A stretch of DNA of 63,928 bases, filler included, from Octopus bimaculoides (Eukaryota), in assembly GCF_001194135.2 (NCBI RefSeq). It is 6 parts of 5 records of this genome, joined end to end, with 100 filler letters (N's around TTAATTAATTAA, not from the genome) between each part and the next. Parts side by side here need not be neighbours in the genome. Positions count along the whole stretch, not along the records: positions 28,536 to 52,150 come from NC_068989.1; 5 more parts are not named here. One strand, written 5' to 3'. The position numbers and the translations under genes were made by a program. The stretch's first letter is position 1, and each line of letters opens with the position of its first letter. The notes beneath the pieces are model-generated. The model made no database searches. It was not told the origin of the DNA and saw only the letters and a list, made by a program, of their open reading frames with translations. Below, piece after piece: positions 35,361 through 50,701 of the stretch.

Positions 35361-35864
35361 AAGATGCACAACTAGAAAAAAGTTCCTGTGTGTGGTTGTG
35401 TGATGGGAGAGTGGAAGAGAGGGAGAGAGGGAAGGAGGGAGGAGAGAGAGAAAGAGGGAGAGAGAAGAGGGAGAGAAAAGAAAGAGAGGAGGAAAGACGT
35501 GTCCCAGTCAAATAGTAGAATGTTGGTCAGAACAATCAAGAGAATTCTAATTATTTTAATGAGTTTTAATTACCCACAACCTCAATTAAAACTGACACAT
35601 GACTACTGGTTGCTATTGTTTAACCTTATGTAGGTATTTCTACCATGACTATCCCTCCAGACAAAATATCACAGACATCATAAGTTAAAGTGTCCTTTTG
35701 GGGAGGTGGGTGAATGTAATTTGAGATAGATTTGGTTGCAATTTCTAGCAGATTCAATTGACCATGTAGAGGGTCTCTCACTAGTTGACGGTAGTGGTGG
35801 TAGTAGAGAACTATTGTACTGATGGTCATGATCAGAGAGGGTTAGAATAGCAATGCTTTTACTA

Positions 35865-36095
35865 TGGCCTTGGACCAACCAAAGCCTTGCGGTTAGATTT
35901 GGTAGACAGAAACTGAAAGAAGCCTTTCATAGCTGCAGGCATGGCTGTGTGGTAAGAAGTTTGCTATCCAATCACATGGTTCATTATTCAGTCCCACTCT
36001 GTGGCACCTTTGGACAAGCATCTTCTTACCAATCAAAGCCTTGTGAGTGGATTTGGTAGGCAGAAACTGAAAGAAGCCCACTGTATATATATATG

Positions 36096-36133
<38 letters not shown>

Positions 36134-36135
36134 AG

Positions 36136-36168
<33 letters not shown>

Positions 36169-36360
36169 ATATATATATCTGGGTGTATATATACATGACA
36201 GGCTTTTTGCAGCTTCTGTGTACTAAATCCTCTAGTGAGGCTTTGCTTAGCCTCAGGCTAGAGTAGAAGACACTTGTCCAAGATGTCACACAATAGGATT
36301 GAACCAACAACCATATGGTTGGAAAGTGAACTTGTTAACCACACATCCATGCCTGCACCT
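35865..36360. mobile_element. Cluster of partial SINE A copies (two +, one -) around a (TA)(TG) tract
   Basis: Partial at 35865-35930, 5' half at 35935-36085 (+), 5' half at 36190-36360 (-). Confidence 0.75.
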
Positions 36361-37333
36361 ATACCATTGGCATCTCTTTACCGATCCATATCAGGTCCAG
36401 CTGACCCAGGTAGGAACTGAACGCTAAACTTCATGATATCTCACAAATCATTTGAAATTGTTCGATACGTTTAAATCATTGGGTTTTTATTTATTTATTT
36501 TTATATTCTGTCCTGTGTGATTATTTAACAATGCTAATAAAAAAAAATAATCTTTTTTAAAGAAAAACAGTAAGTCTTCACAGTTTTACAAGTTCAAAAT
36601 GTTATTAACAATTTTCTATTTAACAACACATTTTCATTATTATTATTATTACTGTTGCTGTTGTTGTTATCATCATCATCATCAACAACATTCCCTCCGT
36701 CTCCTTCTCTTCCTCCTTCTCCTCATCCATCTCCTCCTTCTCCTCCTCCACCTCATCATCATCATCATCATCATCATCATTATCATCATCATCCAAACCC
36801 ATTTTATGATATTTATCCATTTCACTTTCACTAATTTACATTTTACAGGAGACAGTTAGCTAAACCCAAAATATCCAACATTCTTTATACATTGTTTTCC
36901 TTCATAACCATTCTTTTCTCCATACTCTAATAAAGTTACACCATCAAATTCCCAAACCGCTGTCTTTTATTTCAATGTTCTCTTCCATCTAAATTGCCAT
37001 AAATAAGAAACTAGATACGAATCAGGTGAAGAATTTCTATTGGCTCATTTGAGTTAACCAATGAAATACTTGTAAAAATAAACAATAGCTGGCATTGTTC
37101 AAGAACTGCCATGAACCCAGCATTTTCATTCATCAGAATTAGTTTTCAATCAATGGAAATAATGTTTTATATTTCCAAAATTTTCAACAGGAAAAAAAAA
37201 AACTCTTATATTTTTTAGACAAAAATAAATTTTTAAAAAATACAAATTACTAGAATAATAATGACAATTGCAAAAAAAAAACAACAGCAACAGTAACTAT
37301 AAGAAAAATAATAATAATTATCATTATTATTAC

Positions 37334-37378
<45 letters not shown>

Positions 37379-37750
37379 CATCATCATCATCACAACAACA
37401 ATGATAAAATTATTTTCATCAATTACAGATTATTCATATGAGTAAAATTAGTCTAAATGACCCAGACCAGGTCAACCAAGCTGGAACCATACAATATGGA
37501 AGATTGTAATGTCTATTTAAAGAGGTTCTCACACAAATTAGATTTCATTTGTGAGAATTTACAAATATAATTTTTAACCCATCGTTCAATTTATTTATCT
37601 ATTTATCTATTTATTTATTCCTTCTTTGTTACTTCTTTGAACAGATCTTATAACTAATGCTGGTTTCTGAAGCTATCATAGTCTTGCAGTTGTAGAGCAA
37701 ATAAAGACATTTTAGGTTCAATTCTCAGCTTAGCTTAAAAAAGTTTGACT

Positions 37751-38031
37751 ACCACATGTGCCCCTGGACTGGCTCTTGTGCGGGTGGCACATAAAATACA
37801 CCATTTTGAGCGTGGCCGTTGCCAGTACCGCCTGACTGGCCTTCGTGCAGGTGACACGTAAAAGCACCCACTACACTCTCTGAGTGGTTGGCGTTAGGAA
37901 GGGCATCCAGCTGTAGAAACTCTGCCAAATCAGATTGGAGCCTGGTGTTGCCATCCGGTTTCACCAGTCCTCAGTCAAATCGTCCAACCCATGCTAGCAT
38001 GGAAAGCGGACGTTAAACGATGATGATGATG
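37751..38031 (+). mobile_element. SINE-like family C, best-preserved copy
   Basis: Internal duplicated GACTGGC...GGTGGCAC.TAAAA, GAGTGGTTGGCGTTAGGAAGGGCATCCAGCTGTAGAAAC, tail CCAACCCATGCTAGCATGGAAAGCGGACGTTAAACGATGATGATGA. Confidence 0.8.
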
Positions 38032-39620
38032 AATGTAACTCTTTTGTGACTATATTCCTAATGACATACACTATGTTCCAACTTAAATTTTGAAAGTAAG
38101 GAAATCATCATCACCATCATCATTTAATGTTCTTTTCCCATGCTGGTATGGGTTGAATGTGTCACAAGTTGGAAAGTTTCTTTTATGTTTTAGAACATAA
38201 TTTATTGTTACATTAATAGATGTTCACGCAAGACAAGCACAGAAATGTTCAGATGAAACAATGCATAAGACACATGCAGAAAGGCTTTGTCAGAATTTCA
38301 ACATGTGGGCTAATTTTTTCACTTCAAATACATACTTACAGTGCTTTGGTGTGTCTTCTTCAATCATTTCAGGTTGAAAATGTAGGTGATGAAACAGGTA
38401 TGAGGAGAGTGAATATCAATAGGAAATCAAATCACTCTAAACTTTTGGTACTCAATTGGTCTGTATTTATAGGCTGTATTCACAGAAAGTCTAGAATAGC
38501 CACTGATCTATCATGTGAACAACAACCATTGATTGGATAACAATTGGGTTTGACCACATGATCAAAATGTGATTTTTATGTGGCAAAACGTGGGATCGAA
38601 TCCAATTGCTACAAAAGGTTCAACAGGATTTGATGACTCAGTGGACTTTCATAATGCTCCTGTGTTTAGTTTGGCATGGTTTCTACAGCTGGATACCTTT
38701 CTCAATATCAACTACTTTACTGGGAGAACTGTTGTTCAAAACACAATGTAACACATAATGTAACATAAGTTCTTTTTTAAAATTATGACAGGAAATTTTA
38801 GTTTATTATTATTATATTAAATTGGTGTTGAGAACACAGCACATTTATATCAGTATAAGTCAGTGTTTGGGATATTACAAAATACAAATGTAAAGTCGGT
38901 GTTAGGAATATAAGAAAATACAAGTGTATAGCTGGTGTTTATATAAATATTTTGTTTTGATATTTGGTTAGCATATGCAAGATTGTTGATGTGAACTTGC
39001 ATGTTGAAACATATTTGGAAGGGTTATTAAGCTAATAATAAACATGTGCACTGCTTCTATTTCACTTCTAATATAATTCTCAGTAAACTAGTTAACCATT
39101 TAACCAATTAACTAATTGGTTGTTTGACTAATCATTCAGACAATCAATCATTCCCCTCAGTTCATCAAAGCTATTTCTGAACACTTAATCAAACAATTGA
39201 TTAGTGAATTGATTAAATGACTAACTAGTTTACAGAGAATCATAATAGAAGTGAAATAGAACTAGTGTGTATGTGTGTCTTTTATTGGCATTACGACCCT
39301 CCCAAGATGCAAACAAAATTAAAATATGTATACTGGTATATTAAATTAGGGTTTGGGACATAATTAACAAAAGGCTTTCTTTCTTTTGCTTCCATACTAT
39401 CAAGAGTTGAACTAAGATTTGTTTGAGACAGGATACTCTTTCTCTTGCCAACAATTACCAGTTGTTCAGGTAAGTTTAGCCCCACCCCACCCTATGCACA
39501 TTTTTGAAAGTGTCAGGTGACTAGTCATAATGTAAACAATATATCACAACTTCGCTCTGTCAACAAGCGATGCCATGAAATATCAACATTCATGCAAACA
39601 CACACACACACACATACACA

Positions 39621-39652
<32 letters not shown>

Positions 39653-39699
39653 TACACACACACGCACACACGCACATGCAAATATATACATATAGATGT

Positions 39700-39870
39700 A
39701 CATATATGACAGGCTTCCATACTGTTTCCATCTACCAAATTCATTTACAAGACATTACTTAGCCTGGGGGCCAATTAGCAGAAGACCCTTGCCATGCAAT
39801 AAGACTGAAACTTAAACCACATGGTTGTGAAACAAGCATCTTAACCACACGGCCATACCAGCACCTATTA
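39700..39870 (-). mobile_element. SINE A, 5' half
   Basis: Reverse complement of head and GAAAC...GAAGCCTGTC segment. Confidence 0.7.
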
Positions 39871-40324
39871 AATTACAATGGAATGTTTTAATTTAAATTT
39901 AAGCATTTTAAATTAATGGTTTTTATACCATAGAACAAAAGACAGTCTCAGATGAGTTGTCATCAAAAGGATTAGAATTCTTCACTGTTATTTTGTTGGT
40001 TATATTTTATATATTTCCCAACAAAGTCTTTGTCAAACTTTTCTAAAACTACAGATATTTTGATGAATTTTTGGTAAATTTTTTTCTACTCTTCAAGATC
40101 TGGTTAGCACTGCTTTAATGATAGAAGCTAAATTAGGAATTGATTATCACTTTTGATTAAATTAAGACAGGTATAGTCATAGCAGTTATTGTATAATTCC
40201 AGACCAACCACTCCTAAAAAATGTTGGTCTTGTGCCTAAATTAAAAAGAATTATTAAAGGTTATTATTTCTAGCAAATTGAGTGACCACATATAGGCTCT
40301 CTCATGGGTTTAGCAGGTTGAAAT

Positions 40325-40885
40325 CAATGGTTCTCAACTGCAGCCCATATGATCCTTGAGGGTCCATATAAGATTTTTGCTGTTTAAATTTAAGCAATAA
40401 ATTGTTTATTCTTTTACAATATACAACAAATCTTTTTTAATACAATTATAAAACTATTCTGTTTTCTATACAATTCCTAATAATATTTAATTATAAAAAT
40501 ATATGATTTTGAGCGTGGCTGTTGCCAGTACCGCCTGACTGGCCTTCGTGCTGGTGGCACGTAAAAGCACCCAGTATACTCTCGGAGTGGTTGGCATTAG
40601 GAAGGGTATCCAGCTGTAGAAACTCTGCCAAATTAGATTGGAACCTGGTGTAGCCATCTGGTTCACCAGTCCTCAGTCAAATTGTCCAACCCACGCTAGC
40701 ATGGAAAGCGGACTTTAAACGATAATGATGATGATGATAATGATTTTTCAAACATTAAAAATTAAATAATAATATTTAATTACAAAACTATAATGATTTT
40801 TTTAAACATTAAAAGGGTGTATGAGGGTCCAGTAGGCTAAAATAGGAATCAAAGGAGTCCAGAGGCAAACCAGTGGTTTAAATGA
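40325..40885. mobile_element. hAT-type MITE carrying a family C insertion (40505-40742)
   Basis: Left end CAATGGTTCTCAAC...GGGTCCATATAAGATTTTTG is homologous to 63666-63735; the inserted C copy is nearly identical to 37800-38031. Confidence 0.55.
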
Positions 40886-40989
40886 ATGTGCCATGGCAAT
40901 TGATCTCTTCACCACTGTACAACCTGGTAAACAACCACTGGTGCTACTGACAGCATTATGGGAACATTCACAAGGACTCAGTGTTAAAT

Positions 40990-41315
40990 TACTTACTTAA
41001 GCCCTTTACTCTCTGTGGAACATAGATCATCAATGATATTTCTCCACTGTTCTCAACTATGAACTGTCTTTTCTGCTTCTCTTCAGTTAGATCCCTAATT
41101 TTTCAGCTTTGTCTCAATATCTCACCTCCAGCTACTTTTAGGGTATCTTTTTTTCTGCCTCCTTTGTGGGTTCCAGGTCAGGGCCTGATGTGTAATATAA
41201 GATGTATTGGTTTTTTTCCTTTTGAATTTGTCATTTCACATCTCCCTGAAGGAAGGCCTTCTTCTCCCAGATCTTGTTAGTTTTTGAATTGTCATTGTCC
41301 TCAATGCTTCTGTAA
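40990..41315 (-). mobile_element. RTE-clade LINE 3' end relic
   Basis: ITHQALTWNPQRRQKKRYPKSSWR...EQWRNIIDDLCSTESKGL followed by a (TAAG)n tail, typical of RTE C-termini. Confidence 0.75.
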
Positions 41316-41404
41316 ATTTGCTTTTTTACTAGGTAGGGGCATTGGCCCCTATGCAAGCCCATTGTTACATCTAGGAAGAGGTGGTCTATATCAGTCTGGC
41401 CAAA

Positions 41405-41625
41405 AACTAATGAGCTGGCAGAATCATTACCATGCCAGAAAAAAATGCTTAGTGGCATTTCGTCTGTCTTTGTGTTCTGAGATCAAATGCCACCGGGGTT
41501 GACTTTGCCTTTCATCCTTTTGGGGGTCGATAAAATAAATACCAGTTGAGCACTGGGAGTCAATGTAATTGACCTACCCGCTTCCCCCAAATTACTGGTC
41601 TTGTGTTGAAATTTGAAACCATATT
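41405..41625 (+). mobile_element. SINE B
   Basis: GAGCTGGCAGAATC head; core GACTTTGCCTTTCATCCTTTTGGGGGTCGATAAAATAAATACCAG. Confidence 0.8.
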
Positions 41626-42187
41626 CGTCTGGCCTCTATTCTTTGACTGTCCAGTATAGGAGGCCCTACAAAGAGCTTGTGCTCCCAAGCCAAAGTTCTC
41701 GGGGTCAGCGAGATATACAAGCCACCAACTGCAACAGGGACTGGACCTTGTGGTGGGTTTTAATTTAGGTGCTGCTTTATTTCTACCTGATAGTATGGTT
41801 TCCGATATACACCATCACTCTCTTACAGCTACCACAAACATTCAGTCTCTCTCTCCCCCCCCTCTCTCTCTCTCTCTTTCTCTTACCTTGACTTCTAATT
41901 CAAATTTTTATCTATCTGCAGACTGAATGTCTACAAATCTACTAGTCAGATCCATACAGATTTTTTCCCTGCTTTAATTATCAGGTTTATCTCATCTCAT
42001 TTCTTGTCTCACTTTTACATAATTTTATTATATCAATAAAAATTCTTTTCTCTTTTTTTTTTATGCAGAAATGGGAGGAAGATTTTGAAATGAAATTATT
42101 TGGTGCCAACCCCTTCTTAAATAATCTCTCATGTTATTCTGTTGACCAATGCAGTGGCCCCTCACACACACATACACGAGCACACAT

Positions 42188-42244
<57 letters not shown>

Positions 42245-42335
42245 CACACACATGCACAAAAGCACTGCACCTTAAATTGAAAACAATAATGGAACATTGC
42301 CAAACTGTTCGATTGTGTTGTGGGATTATTAAAAC

Positions 42336-43170
42336 AGCAAGCTGGCAGAATTATTAGAGCATTGGATAAAATGCCTTTCGGTATTTCTCCTGCTCTTTAC
42401 ATTCTGAGTTCAAATCCCATTTAGGTCAACTTTGCCTTTGATCTTTTCAGGATCAATAAAATAAAGTATTGGTCAAGTATTGATATCAGTATAATTGACT
42501 AATCCCCCTTGCTAAAAAATTGCTGACCTTCTGTCTAAATCAGAAACAACTATTATGTTGGATAAATAGCTTTGTGATATTTGTTCTGGCTCTTTACATT
42601 CTGAGTTCAAACCCTACTGTGGCCAACTTTACCGTTTATAAGTTTCGGGTCAATAAAATAAAGTGCTGGTCAAATATCAAGATCATTATAATTGACTAAT
42701 CTCCTTGCTACAAAATTGACCTTCTGTCTAAATCAGAAACAAATATTATGTTGGAAAAATGCTTTTTGATATTCATTCTGGCTAAGGTAGCAAGTTGACA
42801 AAATTGCTAGCATGCTGAGCAAAATGCTTATCAGTATTTTGTCTGTTTTTACATTCTGAGTTCAAATTCCACTAAGGTCGACTTTACCTTTCATCCTTTC
42901 AGGGTCGATAAAATAAGTACCAGGTGAGTATTGGGATCAAGGTAATCAACTTAGCCTCTACCCTGAAGTTGCAAGCCTTGTGCCAAATTTTGAAACCAAT
43001 ATTCATTCTGGTTTTTTACATACTGAGTTCAAATCCAGCTGAGGTCAACTTTATTTTTCATCAGTTTGGAGGTCAATAAAATAATGTACATATCAAGTAC
43101 AGGAGTTGATGTAATTGACTAATTAACCTGCACCCCTTAAAATGGCCTTCAGCCTAAATCAGGAGCTGTT
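42336..43170 (+). repeat. Tandem array of three SINE B-derived ~190-bp units; third unit interrupted by a further SINE B (42782-42998)
   Basis: Repeated TTACATTCTGAGTTCAAA...CAATAAAATA...TAATTGACTAAT...CTAAATCAG; TSD ATATTCATTCTGG at 42769-42781 and 42999-43011. Confidence 0.85.
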
Positions 43171-43252
43171 TTTGCTCTTATTTTATGCACTTCTCACAGT
43201 TTCTAAAACTGGCTTGATTTTTCTTTCAGGTCTCTCCATCAGGTCTGACAAT

Positions 43253-44215
43253 TCAGTCAGAGAGAACCTTTCAAAGGATATGAGTAGTACCTAATAAGGC
43301 AGTTTTCTGTAGAGTGTTGATATCATATTTGATTTTAAGTTGGTCAAGGAATTGTGGCAGTTTCTTTAGGATGGACCCCAGTGCTTCTACCACCATAGGA
43401 ATAACTTTAATAGCAGTGCTTCATATTCTTTCAAGTTCCACCTTTAACTTTGTATACTTGGTAATCGTTTTGATTTCTTCAGCCATTACATTGTGATCAC
43501 TCGAGACTGTTATATCTTTTACTTGTTTCAGTCATGAGACCGTGGCCATGCTAGGGCACCATCTTGAAGAATCTTTAGTCAAGTGATTCAACCCAGTACT
43601 TTTTCCTTTTTTTTTAAAGCCTGGTACTTATTCTATTGACCTCTTTTGATAAACTGCTAAGTTACAGGAATGTAAACAAATCAACAACAGTTGTCAAGCA
43701 ATGGTGGGGGACAAACACACACACACACACACACATGACAGGATTCTTTCAGTTTCTATCTACCAAATCCATTCACAAGACTTTGATTGGTTCAAGGCTA
43801 CAGTAGAAAACACTCACCGAAGGTGTCATGCAGTGGAACTGAACCCGGAACCATGTGGTTGGGTTACAAGCTTCTTGTCATGCAACCTCACCTACACCTA
43901 TTAATAATGAAAATTTCAAGGGACTCTTTGACCACCAATGCATCTATGCTCTATCACACAGCCCCTTTGTACATAAAAGTCCTACTGAACTTTTAACACT
44001 GTTGTTCTCTGTGACTGGCTCTGTCCTGTGTTCATTCTCTTTCTCATATACTTTGAATCCATTGAGCTTGCAAAGGCTCTCATAAACATACAGAGTCACT
44101 TTGTCATAGCAGGCTTTGTATTCATGTTGTGCAGGTATCCGCCACACACTACTGACAATACACCAGGGGTGGGGGAACTTTTTAGTGTGGCAGTCAAAAG
44201 TTTCCCAAAAAAAAA
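43253..44215 (-). mobile_element. R4/Dong-type retrotransposon C-terminal (CCHC/restriction-like endonuclease) region, split by a SINE A (43515-43900, -)
   Basis: QHEYKACYDKVTLYVYESLCKLNG...EHRTEPVTENNSVK (43950-44130) and TITKYTKLKVELERI*STAIKVIPMVVEALGSI...LQKTALLGTTHIL*KVLSD* (43253-43500). Confidence 0.82.
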
Positions 44216-44894
44216 AAAGGTCCACGGGTAGATCACAAGTCCTAAGTCTTATATTTGTGTAAATCTTCTATATATATCTATGTGTAATTTGAGACACATT
44301 AATAAAGATAAGTTTAAGACAATAAATTAATGCATAACATTTTCATTAACACTGCCACTGAATTTAGGACGTTTATATTACTTATGAGGTATTCTATACT
44401 TTTCAGCTAGAGTGTGGTTGGGTCTCAAGGGGGTGATACAAACCTAGCAATATGTGTTTTACAGTGTAAACAAAATTTCCATTCAAATGGCAATTACCGG
44501 ATGATTTTCTCTTCAAGTCCAACCATTTTAAATCGTAGTGGACACACGACCTATAGGCATAGAAATATTGTATAAATTTTATAAATGAAAAATTTACTAT
44601 TATTTTGTACATACAAGTATACCAGCCTTTGAGCACAATAAAATGGGCTCGCGGGTGCAATTGCTCTACACCTTTTCCACATGAGTAGTACTAGTCACTT
44701 TCAGTAACCTTATAGATCAACTTCTTTATGGAACTGGTTTGCCTCCCTCTTTAGTCCTCCCTTCCCTTGTCATATCCATCACTCTTCACATTCTCAGTTT
44801 CTCTTCTAAGTTTTCCACGTTGATCCATTGACTTTCAACTCTCCACTCTCACTGCTCTTCTTTATACAAATTTATGGCTTTAATCTTCTACTTA

Positions 44895-45125
44895 TTTGTT
44901 TACTGCCTACAAGGGGCTACACACAGAGGGGACAAACAAGGACCGACATACAGATTAAGTCGATTATATCGACCCCAGTGTGAAACTGGTACTTATTTAA
45001 TCAACCCCGAAAGGATGAAAGGCAAAGTCGACCTCGGCGGAATTTGAACTCAGAACGTAAAGACAAACAAAATACCGCTAAGCATTTCGCCTGGTGTGCT
45101 AACGTTTCTGCCAGCTCACCGCCTA
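44895..45125 (-). mobile_element. SINE B (tail type 2), full length
   Basis: Reverse complement closely matches 16615-16844. Confidence 0.88.
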
Positions 45126-45889
45126 TTAACTTTGTTGAAGTAAAACCTCCTTGCAGTTTACCAAATAAAAATTCAGCATTCAACTTTCTGCAATAGCATA
45201 TTCTGATACACTAACAAAGCTGCATTTTTAGTCTATGAATAGGTACATTACATTTGTTTTCAGGTGGTGGAATTTGAATTTGTTCAGCAATTTCAATGTA
45301 CCTCAATCCATTTTTATCAATTTGCTCTGGCATCCAGTTAAGTATGGCTGCACTGAAACAAACAATAGCTACAGTACTTAATGTTTAATATAAATTTACC
45401 AGTATAATACAAACCACTGTAGCAGATTTAACACCAAAATCTGCTGAATTAAAGAAACTTTTGTTTTTAAAAATATTAGATGAGAATAATTGAAATTTAA
45501 ATGCTAATTTTGAGATGCAATTTAAACCCTTGTAGCAGTTTAACACAACAAAGAATTTGTTTTTGTTTTTTGGCTTTTTGTTTCTTTTCAGTATCTTTTG
45601 TTACATCAAGTTCATGTGCACGACATGATGTGAGTGAGGTCACACATAATTCAATTAAACTATCTGTGACATCTCCTCCAGCACACAGAAATCTTTTTAC
45701 CCCACCACCACCTCCATCCTTACCCATGACCTCAGTTCTCTGTAACTCTTGCTGACCTGCAATTTCTTTGACACCCACCCTCTTCTCCTTACCACCTATT
45801 ATTTCTTCCCTCAGCACTGAAGAACAATGCCTTACTCTGGCATCAAGATTAAGATTTTAATTCTTCTATAGTTTTGCTATTCATGAACG

Positions 45890-46062
45890 CTATAGGTGCA
45901 CATGTGGCTCTATGGTTTAGAAGCTTACTTGCCAAGCATATGGTCTTAGGTTCAGTCTTATTGCATGCCACCTTAGGCAAGTATCTTCTGTCATAACCCC
46001 AGGCTAATCAAGGCCTTGTGAGAGAATTTTGGTTACTGGAAACTGGAAGAAACCTGTCATAT
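45890..46062 (+). mobile_element. SINE A, 5' half
   Basis: GGTGCACATGTGGCTCTATGG...GGTTCAGTC...CCTTAGGCAAGT...GGAAACTGGAAGAAACCTGTC. Confidence 0.7.
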
Positions 46063-46258
46063 ATATAAAGTGTGGGCACACAAAATAAGTTCAATATGCT
46101 CAGGAATTGTCAAAGACATACTTCTAAAATTGAGTAAAATAAACAAAATAGAGATGAATGCAAACGACTTGTACATGATGAACAAAATGAATAATAAAAA
46201 TAATATAATATAAATAAAATGTCAAATGTTTTGGTGTGTGACTTTTGCCCAGCCCTCT

Positions 46259-46309
<51 letters not shown>

Positions 46310-46322
46310 CATATACATTTAC

Positions 46323-46386
<64 letters not shown>

Positions 46387-47051
46387 TTTCTACTCTTGGC
46401 ACATGACCGGAAGTTTTGGGGGAGGGGCTCAGTCAATTAGATCAACCCCAGTATGTAACTGGTGCTTAATTTATGGACCCTGAAAGGATAAAAGGCAAAG
46501 TCAACCTTAATGGAATTTGAACTCAGAACATAAAGATAGATCCTCCAGCTGGTTATCCATACAATCTGTACCTGATATATATTGCCAGCAAGGGAGTGAA
46601 CCCCAACCTTTTTCCAGCAACAATGGAGACACTCGACTGCCTGCTATTTCGAGCTATTTGTGCTCATTCTCAGTGGTGGACACCCATCTGCTAGAGATAA
46701 CAGTAGTTTTCTCCAGCTTGCAATATATAGAAAAATAAGCGACAATCAGTCACTGACCTTTCAACAAGCAAAGTAACTTGTTAGAAAATCTCTGTAAGAG
46801 ACGAAAGTAGTAACTATACCAAGAAGCAATGCTCATTGCCACTTCAACATAGCTGTTAAGCAGGAATTGACGTTACTACTCTGCTTGCAATATATATCGT
46901 GTGTGGATTGAATCGATAACCAGCTGGAGGAAGCATCTGCCTGGGGTTAAAAACGGTAGTAACATCAGTTCCTATGGAACAGCCACATTGAAGTGGTGAT
47001 AAACATTACTTTCGTCTCTTATAGAGATTTTCTAACTAGCTACTTTGCTTG

Positions 47052-47082
<31 letters not shown>

Positions 47083-47084
47083 AA

Positions 47085-47345
47085 GGTTAGGGTGTTGCAC
47101 TCACAACTGCGAGATCATGGGTTCGATTCCCAGACCAGGCATTGTGTTGTGTTCTTGAGCAAAGCACTTCATTTCACACTGCTCTGCGATCATTTCAACA
47201 TCTGACACGTGGCACCCATTGCACCTGTACAGGTAATGTTGATTTGATGATGGGAATCAGCTTGTGTCTACACAAACATTTTGATCACTATAGACAAATC
47301 ATCTGTGTGGTTGTTCAGTAAAAAATTGCCGAATCCTCATACGTC
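47085..47345 (+). mobile_element. tRNA-derived SINE family D
   Basis: GGTTAGGGTGTTGCACTCACAAC...GGGTTCGATTCCC (B box), then TTCTTGAGCAAAGCACTT, reminiscent of conserved SINE central domains. Confidence 0.65.
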
Positions 47346-47370
47346 GTCTAACAACGGGAAAGTTCATCAT

Positions 47371-47411
<41 letters not shown>

Positions 47412-47474
47412 TGTGTGTGTATAATTGTCAGTAGTTCATTTATTCAAAAAAGAAGCACATTCTAAAACATTAGT

Positions 47475-47774
47475 ACTCTTTTACTCTTTTACTTGTTTCA
47501 GCCATTTGACTGTGGCCATGCTGGAGCACCGCCTTTAGTCGAGCAAATTGACCCCAGGACTTATTCTTTGTAAGCCTAGTACTTATNNNNNNNNNNGGAG
47601 CACTGCCTTTAGTCGAGCAAATTGACCCCAGGACTTATTCTTTGTAAGCCTAGTACTTATTCTATCGGTCTCTTTTGCCAAACTGCTAAGTTACGAGGAT
47701 GTAAACACACCAGCATTGGTTGTCAAGTGATGTTGAGGGGGGACAAACACAGACACACAAACATATACACAAAC

Positions 47775-47862
<88 letters not shown>

Positions 47863-48012
47863 CGACAGGCTTCTTTCAGTTTCCGTCTACCAAATTCACT
47901 CACAAGGCTTTGGTCGGCCCAAGGTTATAGTAGAAGACACTTGCCCAAGGTGCCACGCAGTGGGACTGAAACCAGAACCATGTGGTTCGTAAGCAAGTTA
48001 CTTACCACACAG
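47475..48012 (-). mobile_element. SINE A, full length (contains an assembly duplication)
   Basis: Reverse complement co-linear with 18566-18963. Confidence 0.85.
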
Positions 48013-48689
48013 TACAGTAATATATTTTTAGAAGGTTGATGTGGCTGGTCAGAGAGTGACCATTGGATTTGCACTCAGAAGCGCTTAGCAGTATAGGTGA
48101 CTCATCAGATTCAAATGGTTGAAGGTACATAACCTCTCCACAACTGGTGGGAGGAAAACGTCATGGCCTGCTAGTTTTGTAAACAAAATATATATATATC
48201 TCGAATGACCCTGCAGATAGGGTTTCAGGTGGGACAGGGTTATCTCCCTTACATCAGTTCCAAACCATGACAATTTACAAATTTGGTGGCGTGATTCTAT
48301 TTGGCGAATGTTTACATACCCGTAACTTAGCAGTTCAGCAAAAGACAACAATAAAATAAGCACCAGGCTTAAAAGAAATAAGGACCAGGTGGGTGATGAG
48401 GAGGATGTGCTTTGTTTGACTAGAATACTTGAAGGCGGTGCCCCAGCATGGTCACAGAGCAATGATTGAAACAAGTAAAAGATAAAAAGATATACGAATG
48501 ATGTAGACAGATGAAAGGGAAGGTGCCCCTCAGCAGGATTTCAAATCTGTACATAGAGGTTACACATTTCATTCCCCGCTCCCCTGCAATCTCTTATTGT
48601 CTCAGTGGACAATGCACTGCAAACAATACTTTGTGTTTTGTTGTTGTTGTTGTTGTTGTTCCTTCTTTTTTCCCTTAAGAAAGAAGGTT

Positions 48690-50370
<1,681 letters not shown>

Positions 50371-50701
50371 TGTGTGAGTGTGTGTAAGAGAAAGCAGGAA
50401 AGATAGACAAATGACAAGTCTTCTCTATTGACCACTGAAGCATGTCCCTTATTGTAAAAATGTCAATAGCAATACTACCACCGCCATCACCACCCCCTGC
50501 AAACACCACCAGTCACAACATGACCATCCTCAGCTCTACAACCACCACCAACAAACACTTTCACCACCATCACCATCATCATTACAACTGCATGTACAGG
50601 GAGCTGCCACGTGGTAGGTCACTTGGCTGGAAATAGCAACCAAGTCCCTTAAAATCACATTCTCCTATCTTAGAGAAAAATGAGGTATATGCACATATCA
50701 G

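Noticed and set aside
39405-39475. Strong donor CAG|GTAAGT at ~39468 as a host exon
   Set aside because: All three frames from the nearest good acceptor contain stops; no supporting neighbours.
47523-47660. ~64-bp direct duplication inside a SINE A
   Set aside because: Flanks a 10-N gap with one SNP; haplotype/overlap artefact.
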